Shown: in pieces, positions 23,861 through 36,101 of the stretch
How positions within the stretch are numbered: the first letter of the stretch is position 1
Layout: each line of letters starts with the position of its first letter
Notes under the pieces: generated by a model
The model's input: the letters and a program-made list of their open reading frames with translations, nothing else
The model's database searches: none
Told to the model about the DNA's origin: nothing
Assembly (NCBI GenBank): GCA_030265395.1
Contig: JARFYF010000001.1
Span: 45,347,506 to 45,411,505, forward strand
Source of the DNA: Rhina ancylostomus
Lineage: Eukaryota
Reading direction: 5' to 3'
Length of the DNA: 64,000 nucleotides
Position numbers and translations under genes: made by a program

Positions 23861-25139
23861 TGCGGTCCTTGTAATCTGCACTATTCGTTTTCGATAGCTT
23901 ACCATATCGGTTCAGGAACTGCCTCAGTACCCATATTGATCAGATCTTGCAACGGATCTAATAGAAATATTCTGACCCACTGTAGCTTAAAATGCAAGAA
24001 AAACCACCGTACAGCTGAATTGCACAAAGGGAAAAAGTGCAGAGTGCACTTCGCCTTGGGTTTTCGGTTATGTCGTGAGTGGCCTCGACTTAACCAGTCA
24101 CAACATAAAATAATTTATAAAATAATATAGATTCTTAATCCTTTTTTATTTCTTTAACCAATGTTCGATGAAAATAGAAAGCAAATACTCATCTAGAATC
24201 CTGACTTTAGTGCTCAAAAGACAGTAAACGATGAATCACGTGCTTGTAAGTTTTAAAAAAAACTAACTGCAAACTTTGTGAAGTCGTTTTTCCGTAAAGG
24301 TATATGATTTAACAATCTAAGGTAAACAATCGAAGTTCAGTATTCTACGAAAATAATACTGCGGTGTTAGTAAGCTTTAGTGATATGTGCAATGTGCACA
24401 AATGTGAATCGTACATTAAGGGTTTTACCGAACAGAATAATTTCCCCGGCGTCTTTTAGCACCAGGAACAGATTCTACAAACTCCAATCCGTTGAAGTAA
24501 AGATTGCAATAAGAATTGCGAAGTAATAATAATTACTGGAAATATTTAGGATTTTTTTCCTATCAAGCTCTTCGTCGTGAATCTAATTATTTACTTACAG
24601 AAAGCACCAAATTTTGGGGTAGAGTGCATAGTTAATACAAAGTAGACGCGTTCTGATTCAACACAGTAATTCTAGTTCAAACGACGTGACTTGTGCAATA
24701 AAACATGTTGAATTATTTGGAAGCAATTTCAGGTATTAAGATTATCGTATGACATTTTGAGTCTCGGGGTAATGTTATTTTACATCACAGCTTACGATAA
24801 CTGCAATTTTAAATGAACGCGTACACTCAGTTTGTATTTATATAATCGCTTTGCATGTGCTCACCTATAGATGCCTCCAATGTGTAACTGATCATTGTAG
24901 ATAAAAAAGACTTCATAAGTTAACGATTATCCTAAATGGCGAACCATGTTAAAAGCTGAAACCAGTGTGGAAAAAATACATACAAACCCCTTTACGCATC
25001 AGTCTCTTTCAATTTTGCTTTGTAGATATGAGCCTGGCTTTCTCCATGTTTGTCAGAAGGAGGCGCTGTAGGACAAGGCTCGCTAAATCACAGCAAGCAT
25101 TCTCACTGCATGAATTACCCCCAGGGTCAGGCACAAGAA

Positions 25140-25311
25140 TTTACGACTGGTCAACAAAAGCACGTGATCTAAACTTGTGTCCCATATTTGGTTGCATACG
25201 TAGGAGGCAGAGAAATGACATGTGCCTTTTATTTCCATATTTCATTATATATCGCGCGTTCTGGTGGCGAATAAACGTCTAAGAACCACAAATCAATCCC
25301 CTAAAAGGCAG
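25140..25311 (+). promoter_or_regulatory. Conserved Hox5 promoter/5'UTR element
   Basis: TTTACGACTGGTCAACAAAAGCACGTGAT..CCCATATTTGG..TACGTAGGAGG..ATTTCCATA..ACAAATCA resembles the highly conserved HoxA5/B5/C5 leader (from memory). Confidence 0.75.
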
Positions 25312-25819
25312 ATGAGTTCCTACTTTTTAAACTCTTTCTCAGGTCGCTTTCAAAATGGCCACGATTTTCAGTTGCAGAGTTATGGGAATGCCTCGTCTGT
25401 GGGCGAGCATTTTAGGGAATCGACGATGCTTTCCGCCAGGTATGGCTATGATTACACTGGGATAGACCTCAGCATGACTCGTTCTAACTCAAATCTTCGT
25501 GGAGACAGTGAAAGGTCTACTAACTGCATGCAGACAGCCAGTAACACCTTTCATAGTTCCTCTGGTGCGAGAACTAAGTCTCCTGATCCTGCGTTCTGCT
25601 CAGGATCTTTAATAAGCCCATCAGACAGCACTATTAAAACGGGGGCTGCAATCACAGGGCCAAGTCATTCATACCGCGGTGGTCAGGACACATCACCGGT
25701 AACCGATGAGCATCTTAAGGGAACGAACAGCCCCAAACCAGAAAGTGGGCAACTAGACAAGGATTCAGCACAGCAGATGCAGATATACCCATGGATGAAA
25801 AAGCTTCACCTTAATCAAG
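25312..25819 (+). CDS. HOXD5: HoxD5 coding exon 1; CDS join(25312..25819,26169..26410), 249 aa
   Basis: [21 protein letters not shown]...[12 protein letters not shown] is a PG5 N-terminus; hexapeptide [10 protein letters not shown]. Donor G|GTACG at 25819/25820. Confidence 0.92.
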
Positions 25820-26167
25820 GTACGCTCAATGCCGTCATTCTGCCTTTTGATATACATTTTAATTTTGGTCGAAGTAATTTTTAGACTGAGAAACAAAGTA
25901 ACTTAAAATTAATAAAGCATAATATTTGTAAAAGAACAACGGTTTGAATAAAATAGAAATATAAGCTGTTGCTTTGAACAGTTATACCAATTGTGCCAGG
26001 AACTACAGCATTTTATGCATCATCGATTTCCGTTAAAATTTATATCATTTAACTACTCCAACTACATAACGGAAAACTTATTTTGTTCTGCACTTATTTG
26101 TCTGAAACTGTATAATTTAATATTTTGCACTAATGCGTGTAATAATTCATCTTTAACTTTTTATTAA

Positions 26168-26410
<243 letters not shown>

Positions 26411-27869
26411 CTGGTTACACCTAACTGGCTATAATATTATTGTCCTTTACGTTGCAATGGGAAAGGTTGCTTGGCCACATAAAATACTATGATATCGTGT
26501 GGGTTCAACGTCTTGTCATCAATACACTTCATCAGTTATCATCAACAGATGTTAAAATCTTTTTTAAAAATATATATTTATAATATCTATGCCTAAATTT
26601 AGATCAGAAGAGAGAACAATAAAGAGGTCAGCCAGCGTAATGCAGCCAAGCAAACCGTTTGCCACCGAGAGCAGAATGAAGTTGTTCCGTGTCTGGTTGC
26701 TGAACAAACCAATCTTCTACCGGATGATAGTTTCATTAAAACTATGATTTGATCATGTTTTGAAAAGCTAGATAAATATTGTTGCTTTCATCTTTTTTTA
26801 CAACAACGGTGATTTTTTTTTGTTTGATTAATGCTGGGAATTGTTGCTGTGATCCCAGGTATATCTTGTGATGTATATTCTGTACATATATAATGTTTAA
26901 ATGTCTGACTTTGTGCTATATAAATGAAATGAGTGGTGTTTTTGTCTACAACATTGAAATAAACCCAGTTTTACCAAAAAAGAATATTTTCATCTATTGT
27001 TTTTAGCTCTAATGCATGTACAGAAGTACTGGCAACTGGCCACTTGTGAAAGAACCAATGCGATTATTCGCACTTTGCTTCTATTCACCCGACTCATGAC
27101 TTCTTCGAATTTCATAAGAAGTCCTGGAACTGAGCTCGCCTCGAATGTTTTCTGTCACATATTGTTCTTGGCCAGAATTCTTGGCGGACCTGACAACTGT
27201 TCGATATTTTAGTTTATTTAAGGGAAACATGCCTTCGTTCAGAAACTTCATCATCGAGATTCCAGACATGTTCATTTACATAAAACAATTTGATAATCTG
27301 TTGTCTAGTGGTGGAACAATACAAGATGATTTTCTTTTAATTGATGGCTACTAACATTAAATAATTTGAAAATGTATAAATCCATTGGTGGGACTTAACT
27401 GGAAGAGCTTTGGGAACCATGGAGTTCTCTTTTAGTTTCCATAGCACTGAATAAGTTTAGCATGAGAAACTGAGATGAGGATTTAAACTCTGTATTTAAC
27501 TCTAAAGCAGGATGAAATAGCAGATGACTGAAGCAATCGTAACAGGAAAACAATGTCATAGGAAACTCGTAATGTCAAAAAGGAATTCTTGTTTGCATTC
27601 CTAATCGACTCAGTTGTATTTCACTGTAGCTCACAAGCTATCGGTCACGGATACACACGGTGTATTTGCACTTACCACATCTAATAGATCGCCGTGGCTG
27701 CATTGGAAATGCCCAAATTGCGCCTTAAAATAAAGAAAACTTATTCTCCAAGGCACTGGTCCTCTGGGTACTCAGATATTTAGCTTTATATTACTGAGAG
27801 AACATTTCAATGAACATGGCTGTCTTTAATGAATAAAAGTTTTAAAGTTTAAGGGTTATTTATATGGAC

Positions 27870-27970
27870 GCCTCAGAACCAGGTCCTGACTGGTTGTACA
27901 GGGGCACGTGACGCCATTAAACTTTGTTTTATGGTTAGGGGAGTTGACAAGCCAAAATATAATTCACATC
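27870..27970 (+). promoter_or_regulatory. Candidate conserved enhancer or promoter downstream of HoxD5
   Basis: Degenerate DR5 GCCTCAgaaccAGGTCC, ACTGG-N11-CACGTG, CATTAA..TTTTATGG (Hox/Cdx) and GAGTTGACAA. Confidence 0.5.
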
Positions 27971-30900
27971 ATATATTAGGTTAAGAGCAGACAAGTGCAG
28001 ATGGTTAGTGTTTTCGAGAAGGTCTGTGGAAAGTGACACCAAGAAGCTAGCTGTCCTGTTCCGCCGCTATGCATTTTAAGTGTCCAAGTGACTTCTACCT
28101 TAACGCTGGAAAAGCAGCAAGTAAGTTCTTTCTAGTCGGTAACAAGGGCTGGTGGACGCATGACACCTGATGTCATTCGAGACTCTTGGGCGCATGTACT
28201 GTTTCTTGGCTAGCCAAAAATATAGTCCAGCGTGAATTATTTCAACAGCCAACTGCAATAATGGCTGTACGTAATGAATAAGTACGAAATTAATATCGCA
28301 ATGAACTAATCAAATAAATATTGCATATGATATTCTATTTTAATTACAATTATAAATTGAGCAATGAAGTTTGTCATGATTGGTTAAGCATTCCTTTAAG
28401 GAAAAATAGAAACAAAATAAACATTATCTTAGATTATAAGCAAGTTTGAGTAGAATTCTTTACTAAATTACAGAGACCATGTTGCATTGAGCATTGGAAA
28501 TGGCATTATAATGAAAAAAATACTCAATACTTCCTAATTGTTGTAGGATTTATATAAAAATAGAGCTTGGCGGGGAAATGCTATGCACGGAATACCAAAT
28601 ACCTCCTTTTATCTGCGAAGCTATCTAAAATATACCTGGGAGATCGGAAATATTTTTTAAAAGCAAATCTGCACGTTATACAATCAAATCTTCGTAACCT
28701 TTATTGAACCCCATATTAATTTGCTGATATTGTATAACATTGTTAAATAATCTCCTTAGTTATAGATGCCAAGGTTTTTATTCACTGTCCCGAGGGTTTT
28801 GTAATCGATCACATTCGTTGCAATTTGCATAAGAAATATAGAACAATGACGAACAAGGTGCTGCTTAACGTATAAAATAGTGAGCTTTCATTTTTTACAA
28901 TTGTCTTCTGAAAGGAAACACTAATTGTTAAAGGTTCTGTAAGAGCGTTCCCTGCAAATTGCGCGATATTATTTGATTTTTTTCTTCACTGAACATCGTA
29001 ATATAATAGCAAGTGAACAAACCTTATGGCCTTATTTACTGTTACGCTTTGACATTATAAAGAGAAAGAGGGAAGATGATGATATCATAAACTATGTAAG
29101 CCGGGATCCAACTATCGCACCCCCTCCCCTCCCATATTTACAGCAATAAAGTGTGAATAAATATCAAACATCACACTAAACTTGCACAATTCGAAAAGCT
29201 GAAATGAAAATTGCCCGCCCAGAGAACTGAAAGAAGAGTAATGCGCAGTTTTGCAAAAAAATATGGCGCTTTGGTACTTCTTTCGTCACCTTAAAGAAGT
29301 TAATGGAAAACTCTAAAGCTATACTTTAACAATAGACAGGAATGAAGATTTTGAAATTCTTCGAGGTTAATGAGGTGGATCATCAAAACGAGTGAAAGCT
29401 TTATCTGCTATAAATGTTCAACGTCACTTGCACTGACAAAACAATGATTAGAACACATCGAGGAAACATCGAGAAACACGTTGAAAATATATTTTAAGGG
29501 CGAATTATAGCGGAAGGATGATTTTATTTACTATCCAGTGTATCATTATAAATTGATGTTTTATTCATATATAACTTCTTTTGAGATAATAAGTAAATAA
29601 TATTTTCCTTAATTGAAGAGAGATTAGAAAGAGTACATCAGACAATATTAATGACGACAATAATCTAAAGGAATTGTTGAAAGAATAATTTATGTGAACT
29701 ATACCTCATTTTACGTTCTTCCTATATTTAAGTAAAGGAATAAAAACTAGCATGATCGGATCAATTAGCAGGTCAAAGCATAAATTACCGAATTTCTATT
29801 TTCAATCCTGCACTATAAAAAACGCGGGCTCGTAATTCCACTAAAATTACAGATCACAATGAAATGTTTGACTTTGCAAGGAAAATGTCCACCTCGCTCC
29901 GCAGTTAACAATATTCCGGTTACTTTATAAAATCCAGCTGTTCTCATATTTTGCATTGAATGCTATATTATGTGATTTACTTACATATATTGTTTTTTTT
30001 GTTTTATTTCAGACCTGATAGAATGGAGGAAGCACGGCAGTAAGTAGCAATGAATTATTTCTTAATCATGTGGCGAATGGCTGGAAACAGTTTGCTGTTG
30101 TGAATGTGGAATTTATGGAAACTGAATATGTTGTTGCATTGTGAGTCTAAGAGGAGTAGTAACTTGGATTCTGAAATGATTCCAGTGATAATTGTTATGA
30201 ACACTTGCATTCTTTGTGATATTCTAATTGTGATAACGATGTTTGAGTCATCTTGTAATGACATTCTATTTCTTTGAAAGGGATAGAATTGTTATTGTAC
30301 AAAGTGCGTTTAAAACATGATTATCTTTAAATCTAATTACCAATGACAGTATGGTGCACAAGCAGATTTAACTGGCTTGTTATTATGAAGCGGCAATGCG
30401 GCACAGCGCCTCCCAGTGCAAGGCTGCATTTTTAAAAGGTCATTTGGAGGAAAGTTATTGTTCCGGTTTCAACATCTGCAAAAACGATTTGGCAAATGAC
30501 GTGGTTATAATTAAAGTAGATGTTTAAAGTTTACTCTTAATGAGCTAACAGAGGCGTGTAGGATAAATCAAATGTTAAAGCTGCCCAGATATCATAGCCG
30601 TTGTGTACATGTAGGCCAAACATCGAGCCTTGTGCTTGCGAACATATAAGATGCAGTATTCGTTTAACTAAAAGATAATACTTCTTTACTTGAATGATCT
30701 CTTCGCCAGGCTTGTCTGTTTAAAATGTCGCGGGCAGTTTGTACATGTTGATCAGCTCGTTGGTGGAATAATTAATAATTAAAGACTCAATGCTTATAAA
30801 ATTCTACTTTCTAAAATAGAAATGCGATACTGTACCTTTTCTAGTTTGTTAACGTAGTAACAGGATCACGGGGATAATTTTACCCTATCGTTTTAAAATT

Positions 30901-31863
30901 GTACATTTAAGCGAAATAGTATCAGCATTCGTATAACAAAAAAAAACCTGAGGATTTTACTCGTCCAATTAGACAGATTCGACCCTCATATTTCAAAGGG
31001 ACTGTGTAACATCCAGTTGGATTAGAATTTGGTCACCATAAAACAATAATACAATATTCAAATTCTATCTTATTTACACCAGGGATAGTATATGTTTCGC
31101 TTCACCTTTGGTCTACTATTGCTCCTTCACTTAATAATCTCTACCAGGATATCAAATTCAAATTTTACAGAAGCTAACCTCTCTACACGCGATATTCGAC
31201 ACAACCACTCTTCAAGCAACAGCATAGTTTTACCGCTAGATAAACGTTGAGCAACGACTCACTTTAAATAGGTCCAGATAATGNNNNNNNNNNNNNNNNN
31301 NNNNNNNNNNNNNNNNNNNNNNNNNNNNNNNNNNNNNNNNNNNNNNNNNNNNNNNNNNNNNNNNNNNNNNNNNNNNNNNNNNNGATAATGTTTAACGGGG
31401 ATTCGCAAAGCAATGGCCCAGCGCCATGGATCCATCGTTTCAGCACTAGTTTTACAATGTGAATCTTTAGGCGTTGATAAATAATGAAGGACAATTGGTG
31501 CTGAAAAGCAAAACAGTCTTGCTTATGCTGAACCGTCCTCTGCAAGAAAATGGCTTTCTGGGTCAGTAGAAAGGTGAACTTTTTAAAAATTCAATTTTGT
31601 TTTTAAAATCGGTGTACTTATACATAGGAAAGCTCTTAGCAGGCTGTTGACAATAATAGCTTTCATTGAACCACTGAATCTATGAATAAATATAGGGTTC
31701 ACTTCCCAAACACTTACTTTGCATTGACATTCTCTAGGTCAAAATCTGCTAGATCAAAAGTCGCAGCACTTGTGTGGGCAGTTAAAAAAAAGAGGTGAAT
31801 TTTAATCGGGTTTGTTCATCAATAACTCTTTGGCATTGACCTGTCTGAACGAGTCGAGCAGTA

Positions 31864-31880
31864 AGGTGAAATGCAGGTCA
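31864..31880 (+). promoter_or_regulatory. DR5 RARE, 5' HoxD4 element
   Basis: AGGTGA aatgc AGGTCA, matching the known HoxD4 upstream RARE, about 3 kb before HoxD4. Confidence 0.88.
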
Positions 31881-33499
31881 CAGCGTCTAACAAATATTAA
31901 AATGTGTAGCACCAATCAGCTTCACAATGTGCGATAATCAGAACTATAAAGAGATTTGTCTTTCGAATTATCGGATGATGTAATGATATCTGGTATTTTC
32001 TGTGCAAAAAGGCTTTTAAAAGCAGAATTCACTGCTGGTGCTTTCGTTGGCGCCATTGGTTGTTGAAAACTGTTTAGCTCTTTTCTTTCCTCATCCACTG
32101 GGTAAATGAAAAAAAATCACAGGTAAATAAGATCAGCGACGTGATGTTTTTTTTACAAAGGTAAAATATTTGCAGTAACATTCTGAGTTATTAAACAAAA
32201 ACTGGAGCATTTGTGAAGGAGTAGTTAGGCTGTTCTGCCACAGAGCGTAGATAAACCGAAACCTTTGTTGTAGAGGGAAAGGACGGAGGAATACACAAGT
32301 GAAGATACAGTTCACAGTCAGAAAGTTCAGCTTCAGTGCTACATTGTTATCCATACATCTCAGAGCATTTAAGTGCATTTTTGTACTGATGAACGCACTT
32401 ATTCTTTTTCGTTAGCGTGGTTTTACAATTGTTCTCAGCCTGCCACTCGCGTGCCTAGCTTTTTAACCAGAAATGCAAGGACAGGATTACAGTCAGTTTA
32501 GCTGAGCAGTTAGTTCGAAAAGACTCACACACTTTGAAAAGGTCATGCGTTAGGCTGTAGCTAAAGTGAAAATAATAATGCAACTTTGCGATGTGTTTGC
32601 AAATGATTTCAGTCTGACCCCGTGCCCTTCAGCCTTTAACACGCAACGTGGTGGCACTACAGGCACAGTGGGGACAGCCAAGAAAGGAACCTGTAATGCA
32701 CTAGAGTTTAGAAAACACCTTAGATATATTTGAACCAAATGGAATCTGATAAACTATCGGATCAAATTCTATATTTTTCCCTGCATGCGGCCATCCAATT
32801 GGCTTGAGTTTTCGCCAGATTTTGAAGCATACTGTCGGCAGCATTTTTGATCATGCTCCCTGGAAATGAGAGAGATTAAGAACAGAACAAACAATTCCCA
32901 TTTTCCTGGGATGCTCTCATTTTGTGAAAGTGGCAATGAGTGGCAAACNNNNNNNNNNNNNNNNNNNNNNNNNNNNNNNNNNNNNNNNNNNNNNNNNNNN
33001 NNNNNNNNNNNNNNNNNNNNNNNNNNNNNNNNNNNNNNNNNNNNNNNNNNNNNNNNNNNNNNNNNNNNNNNNNNNNNNNNNNNNNNNNNNNNNNNNNNNN
33101 NNNNNNNNNNNNNNNNNNNNNNNNNNNNNNNNNNNNNNNNNNNNNNNNNNNNNNNNNNNNNNNNNNNNNNNNNNNNNNNNNNNNNNNNNNNNNNNNNNNN
33201 NNNNNNNNNNNNNNNNNNNNNNNNNNNNNNNNNNNNNNNNNNNNNNNNNNNNNNNNNNNNNNNNNACTGCCGAACAATGCAAATATAAATGTTTGCTCAC
33301 CCTTGTTACCAAATTTAAAGGATCAGTTTGTAGTATTTTTCAATGGCTAAAAAACTACGTGATTTAACAAGAACTGCGCTTGATTTTAATTTCTTATTTA
33401 TTAATATTGCACGTCATTAACTCCTTGGGGATCGTTTTCCACTGCAGTCTTTTAAACTATTTTATCATTGTGTAATTGGTCACCGAATTTGTTTGTAAC

Positions 33500-33585
33500 C
33501 CGTCGTCTATATATACCCTGTAGAACCGAATTTGTGTGATGTTTCGGTCACAGATTCGTTTCTAGGGGAGTATATGGTCGATGCC
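33500..33585 (+). ncRNA. MIR10B: mir-10b precursor (5p 33514-33536, 3p about 33550-33571)
   Basis: TACCCTGTAGAACCGAATTTGTG is mature miR-10b-5p; complementary arm ACAGATTCGTTTCTAGGGGAGT; canonical position upstream of Hox4. Confidence 0.97.
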
Positions 33586-34835
33586 AACACTACGAAAATC
33601 AGCAATTTGCACTTCGTGGCTTTTACTACTTAGACTGATTTAGTTCTAAGTAATACTCAATGATTTGGAATAACCTTTTTTTAAAAAAATGAACCCACTC
33701 TTCAATGTTGCTTTTAAATTTCGCCGCTCAGAATTAAATGGCTTATTTCGGCTACCCTATACAAAATAAATATGATGCTCAATGTGTTGATTTACTGACA
33801 ATTATTCAGAAAACAGTCGATTCTAAACTTCTGGGGTTATTCTCCGGAAATATATGATTATTGAAACTTAAGTATTTCTTTCTGAATACTACCCGTTTCC
33901 ATGGCGATGGCGATAAATTATCTGCAAAGACTGGCTTACAATTTTGTACCGCGTTTGACCAATTTACGATGCTTCTGAATTACATCGAACCAGATAACGT
34001 CTTTGGTTAAAACTTAAAAACCGAATCATACATATTGCAGATAAAGGAGTTAGAAATGCGTTACTGCGTTAGTTTAAGAAAGATAATAGGTGGTAAGATG
34101 TGAGAAGAAGAAAACGAATTGTCAAGATATTAAAGCAAAAACGCTTGTTAGTGAGGCAAGGTCATCAAATACAAAACTAGTTAAAACTTATATTCTACTC
34201 TACCAAATTATTGAACGTTCAGAGCGAAGTGTTTTGACCTTACAATGTCCTTAAGCAACACGTGTAAAGTGTTCTACGTGATACTGAAAGCCTTGTTCTG
34301 ACTTTATCGGGAGTAGACCATGTTTGCCTTTGAATAACTTTGACTAAAAGTCCTTCGTGCATCTGTAATGGCTGTAATTATTTTCCTCAGCTCCGTTATT
34401 CCTTTTTTTTGGCTAACTGGATGCTTCCTTTGTCACCCTGCGTACGTTGGATTGCCTGCCGTTTCTTCAAGTACCCTCGCTATTGTCATACTGCTCTCGG
34501 GCGAAAACAACAACAACAAATGCGAGCACGCCGAATGCCTGGTCTATCCTTGATTTATATGGAAAGCGACAAGGAATGGTCGAAAATTCTCTTTGGACAA
34601 AAGAGCAAATTACCTGAGCATTTTTCGGGCGCTCAGTGAATGATCATTATTCTCTCCAATGGAAACCGCTATTATATGCATTTTCCGGAAACTATTTCAA
34701 ATACTTAGTGGCTGCTGGAAAAACAATAAAGACGATGCAGAATTTATTTTATTTTTTAAATCAAGATTTTCTGGACGAAGTTTGTAAAATTTGTCATTAG
34801 CTGTTTCCTTATCCGGGAATCGGGCCCAGCCCAGC

Positions 34836-34957
34836 CATTGGCTCTCACAGTCACATGGGTGACTAACTTTATTCAGTTGACAGCAAGTAGGAGGGCTTTA
34901 TGGAACGGGAAAAAAGACAACTCGAGAAAAATTAGTATTTTCCACCTTCAGAAATTA
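34836..34957 (+). promoter_or_regulatory. Conserved Hox4 proximal promoter/5'UTR
   Basis: CATTGG-N10-CACATG followed by TAACTTTATTCAGTTGACAGCAAGTAGGAGGGCTTTATGG and CAGAAATTAATG, typical of Hox4 leaders. Confidence 0.75.
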
Positions 34958-35369
34958 ATGACCATGAGTTCGTATTTGATGAACTCTAAATATGTGGATC
35001 CCAAATTTCCTCCTTGCGAGGAATACTCGCAAAATAACTACATACCTGACCACTGCTCAGAGTATTACAGCCAGCCGCAGGACACTGATTTTCAGCACCA
35101 AGGAGTCTATCCACGGTCAAACTACAGCGGCCAGTCGTACAGCTGCAGCAACGCTCGGGGCTCTCCAGTGCAGCAGAGGGGTCATGTGCAGGCACAGCCC
35201 GCTCCTCAGAACCACCTCACAGGACAGGGGGAGCCCGTTGCACCGCTCCAAGTGTCCATAGCTCGGCCTTGCAGCCAGCAGCAACACAATACAAAGAATC
35301 AAAACGGCACAGCAACCAAACAGCCAGCAGTGGTTTATCCTTGGATGAAGAAAATCCACGTTAACACGG
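34958..35369 (+). CDS. HOXD4: HoxD4 coding exon 1; CDS join(34958..35369,35791..36101), 240 aa
   Basis: [23 protein letters not shown]...[17 protein letters not shown]. Donor G|GTAAG at 35369/35370. Confidence 0.95.
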
Positions 35370-35790
35370 GTAAGGTCCACTTTTTAGTTCCCCCCCCCCA
35401 CCCCCACCCCCTCCGCCATCGCCACCCCTAGNNNNNNNNNNNNNNNNNNNNNNNNNNNNNNNNNNNNNNNNNNNNNNNNNNNNNNNNNNNNNNNNNNNNN
35501 NNNNNNNNNNNNNNNNNNNNNNNNNNNNNNNNNNNNNNNNNNNNNNNNNNNNNNNNNNNNNNNNNNNNNNNNNNNNNNNNNNNNNNNNNNNNNNNNNNNN
35601 NNNNNNNNNNNNNNNNNNNNNNNNNNNNNNNNNNNNNNNNNNNNNNNNNNNNNNNNNNNNNNNNNNNNNNNNNNNNNNNNNNNNNNNNNNNNNNNNNNNN
35701 NNNNNNNNNNNNNNNNNNNNNNNNNNNNNNNNNNNNNNNNNNNNNNNNNNNNNNNNNNNNNNNNNNNNNNNNNNNNNNNNNNNNNNNCAG

Positions 35791-36101
35791 TGAATCCTAG
35801 TTACACTGGAGGGGAACCAAAACGTTCACGAACTGCCTATACAAGGCAGCAGGTTTTAGAACTGGAAAAGGAATTCCATTTTAACAGGTATCTGACAAGA
35901 CGACGTCGTATTGAAATAGCCCACACTTTATGTCTTTCCGAACGCCAGATCAAAATTTGGTTTCAGAACCGAAGGATGAAGTGGAAAAAAGATCACAAAT
36001 TGCCAAACACTAAGACCAGATCGTCTAGTTCTTCCTCTGCTTCCAGTCAACAGTCACAAACTGTTTCCAAGGACCAACAAACAGACCTCACAAGTTTATA
36101 G
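35791..36101 (+). CDS. HOXD4: HoxD4 coding exon 2 (homeodomain)
   Basis: CAG acceptor at the end of an N gap. Encodes [75 protein letters not shown]...TDLTSL*. Confidence 0.95.

Noticed and set aside
29758-29775. GGATCA attagc AGGTCA as a RARE
   Set aside because: The spacer is 6 nt, not DR1/2/5, and nothing else supports it.
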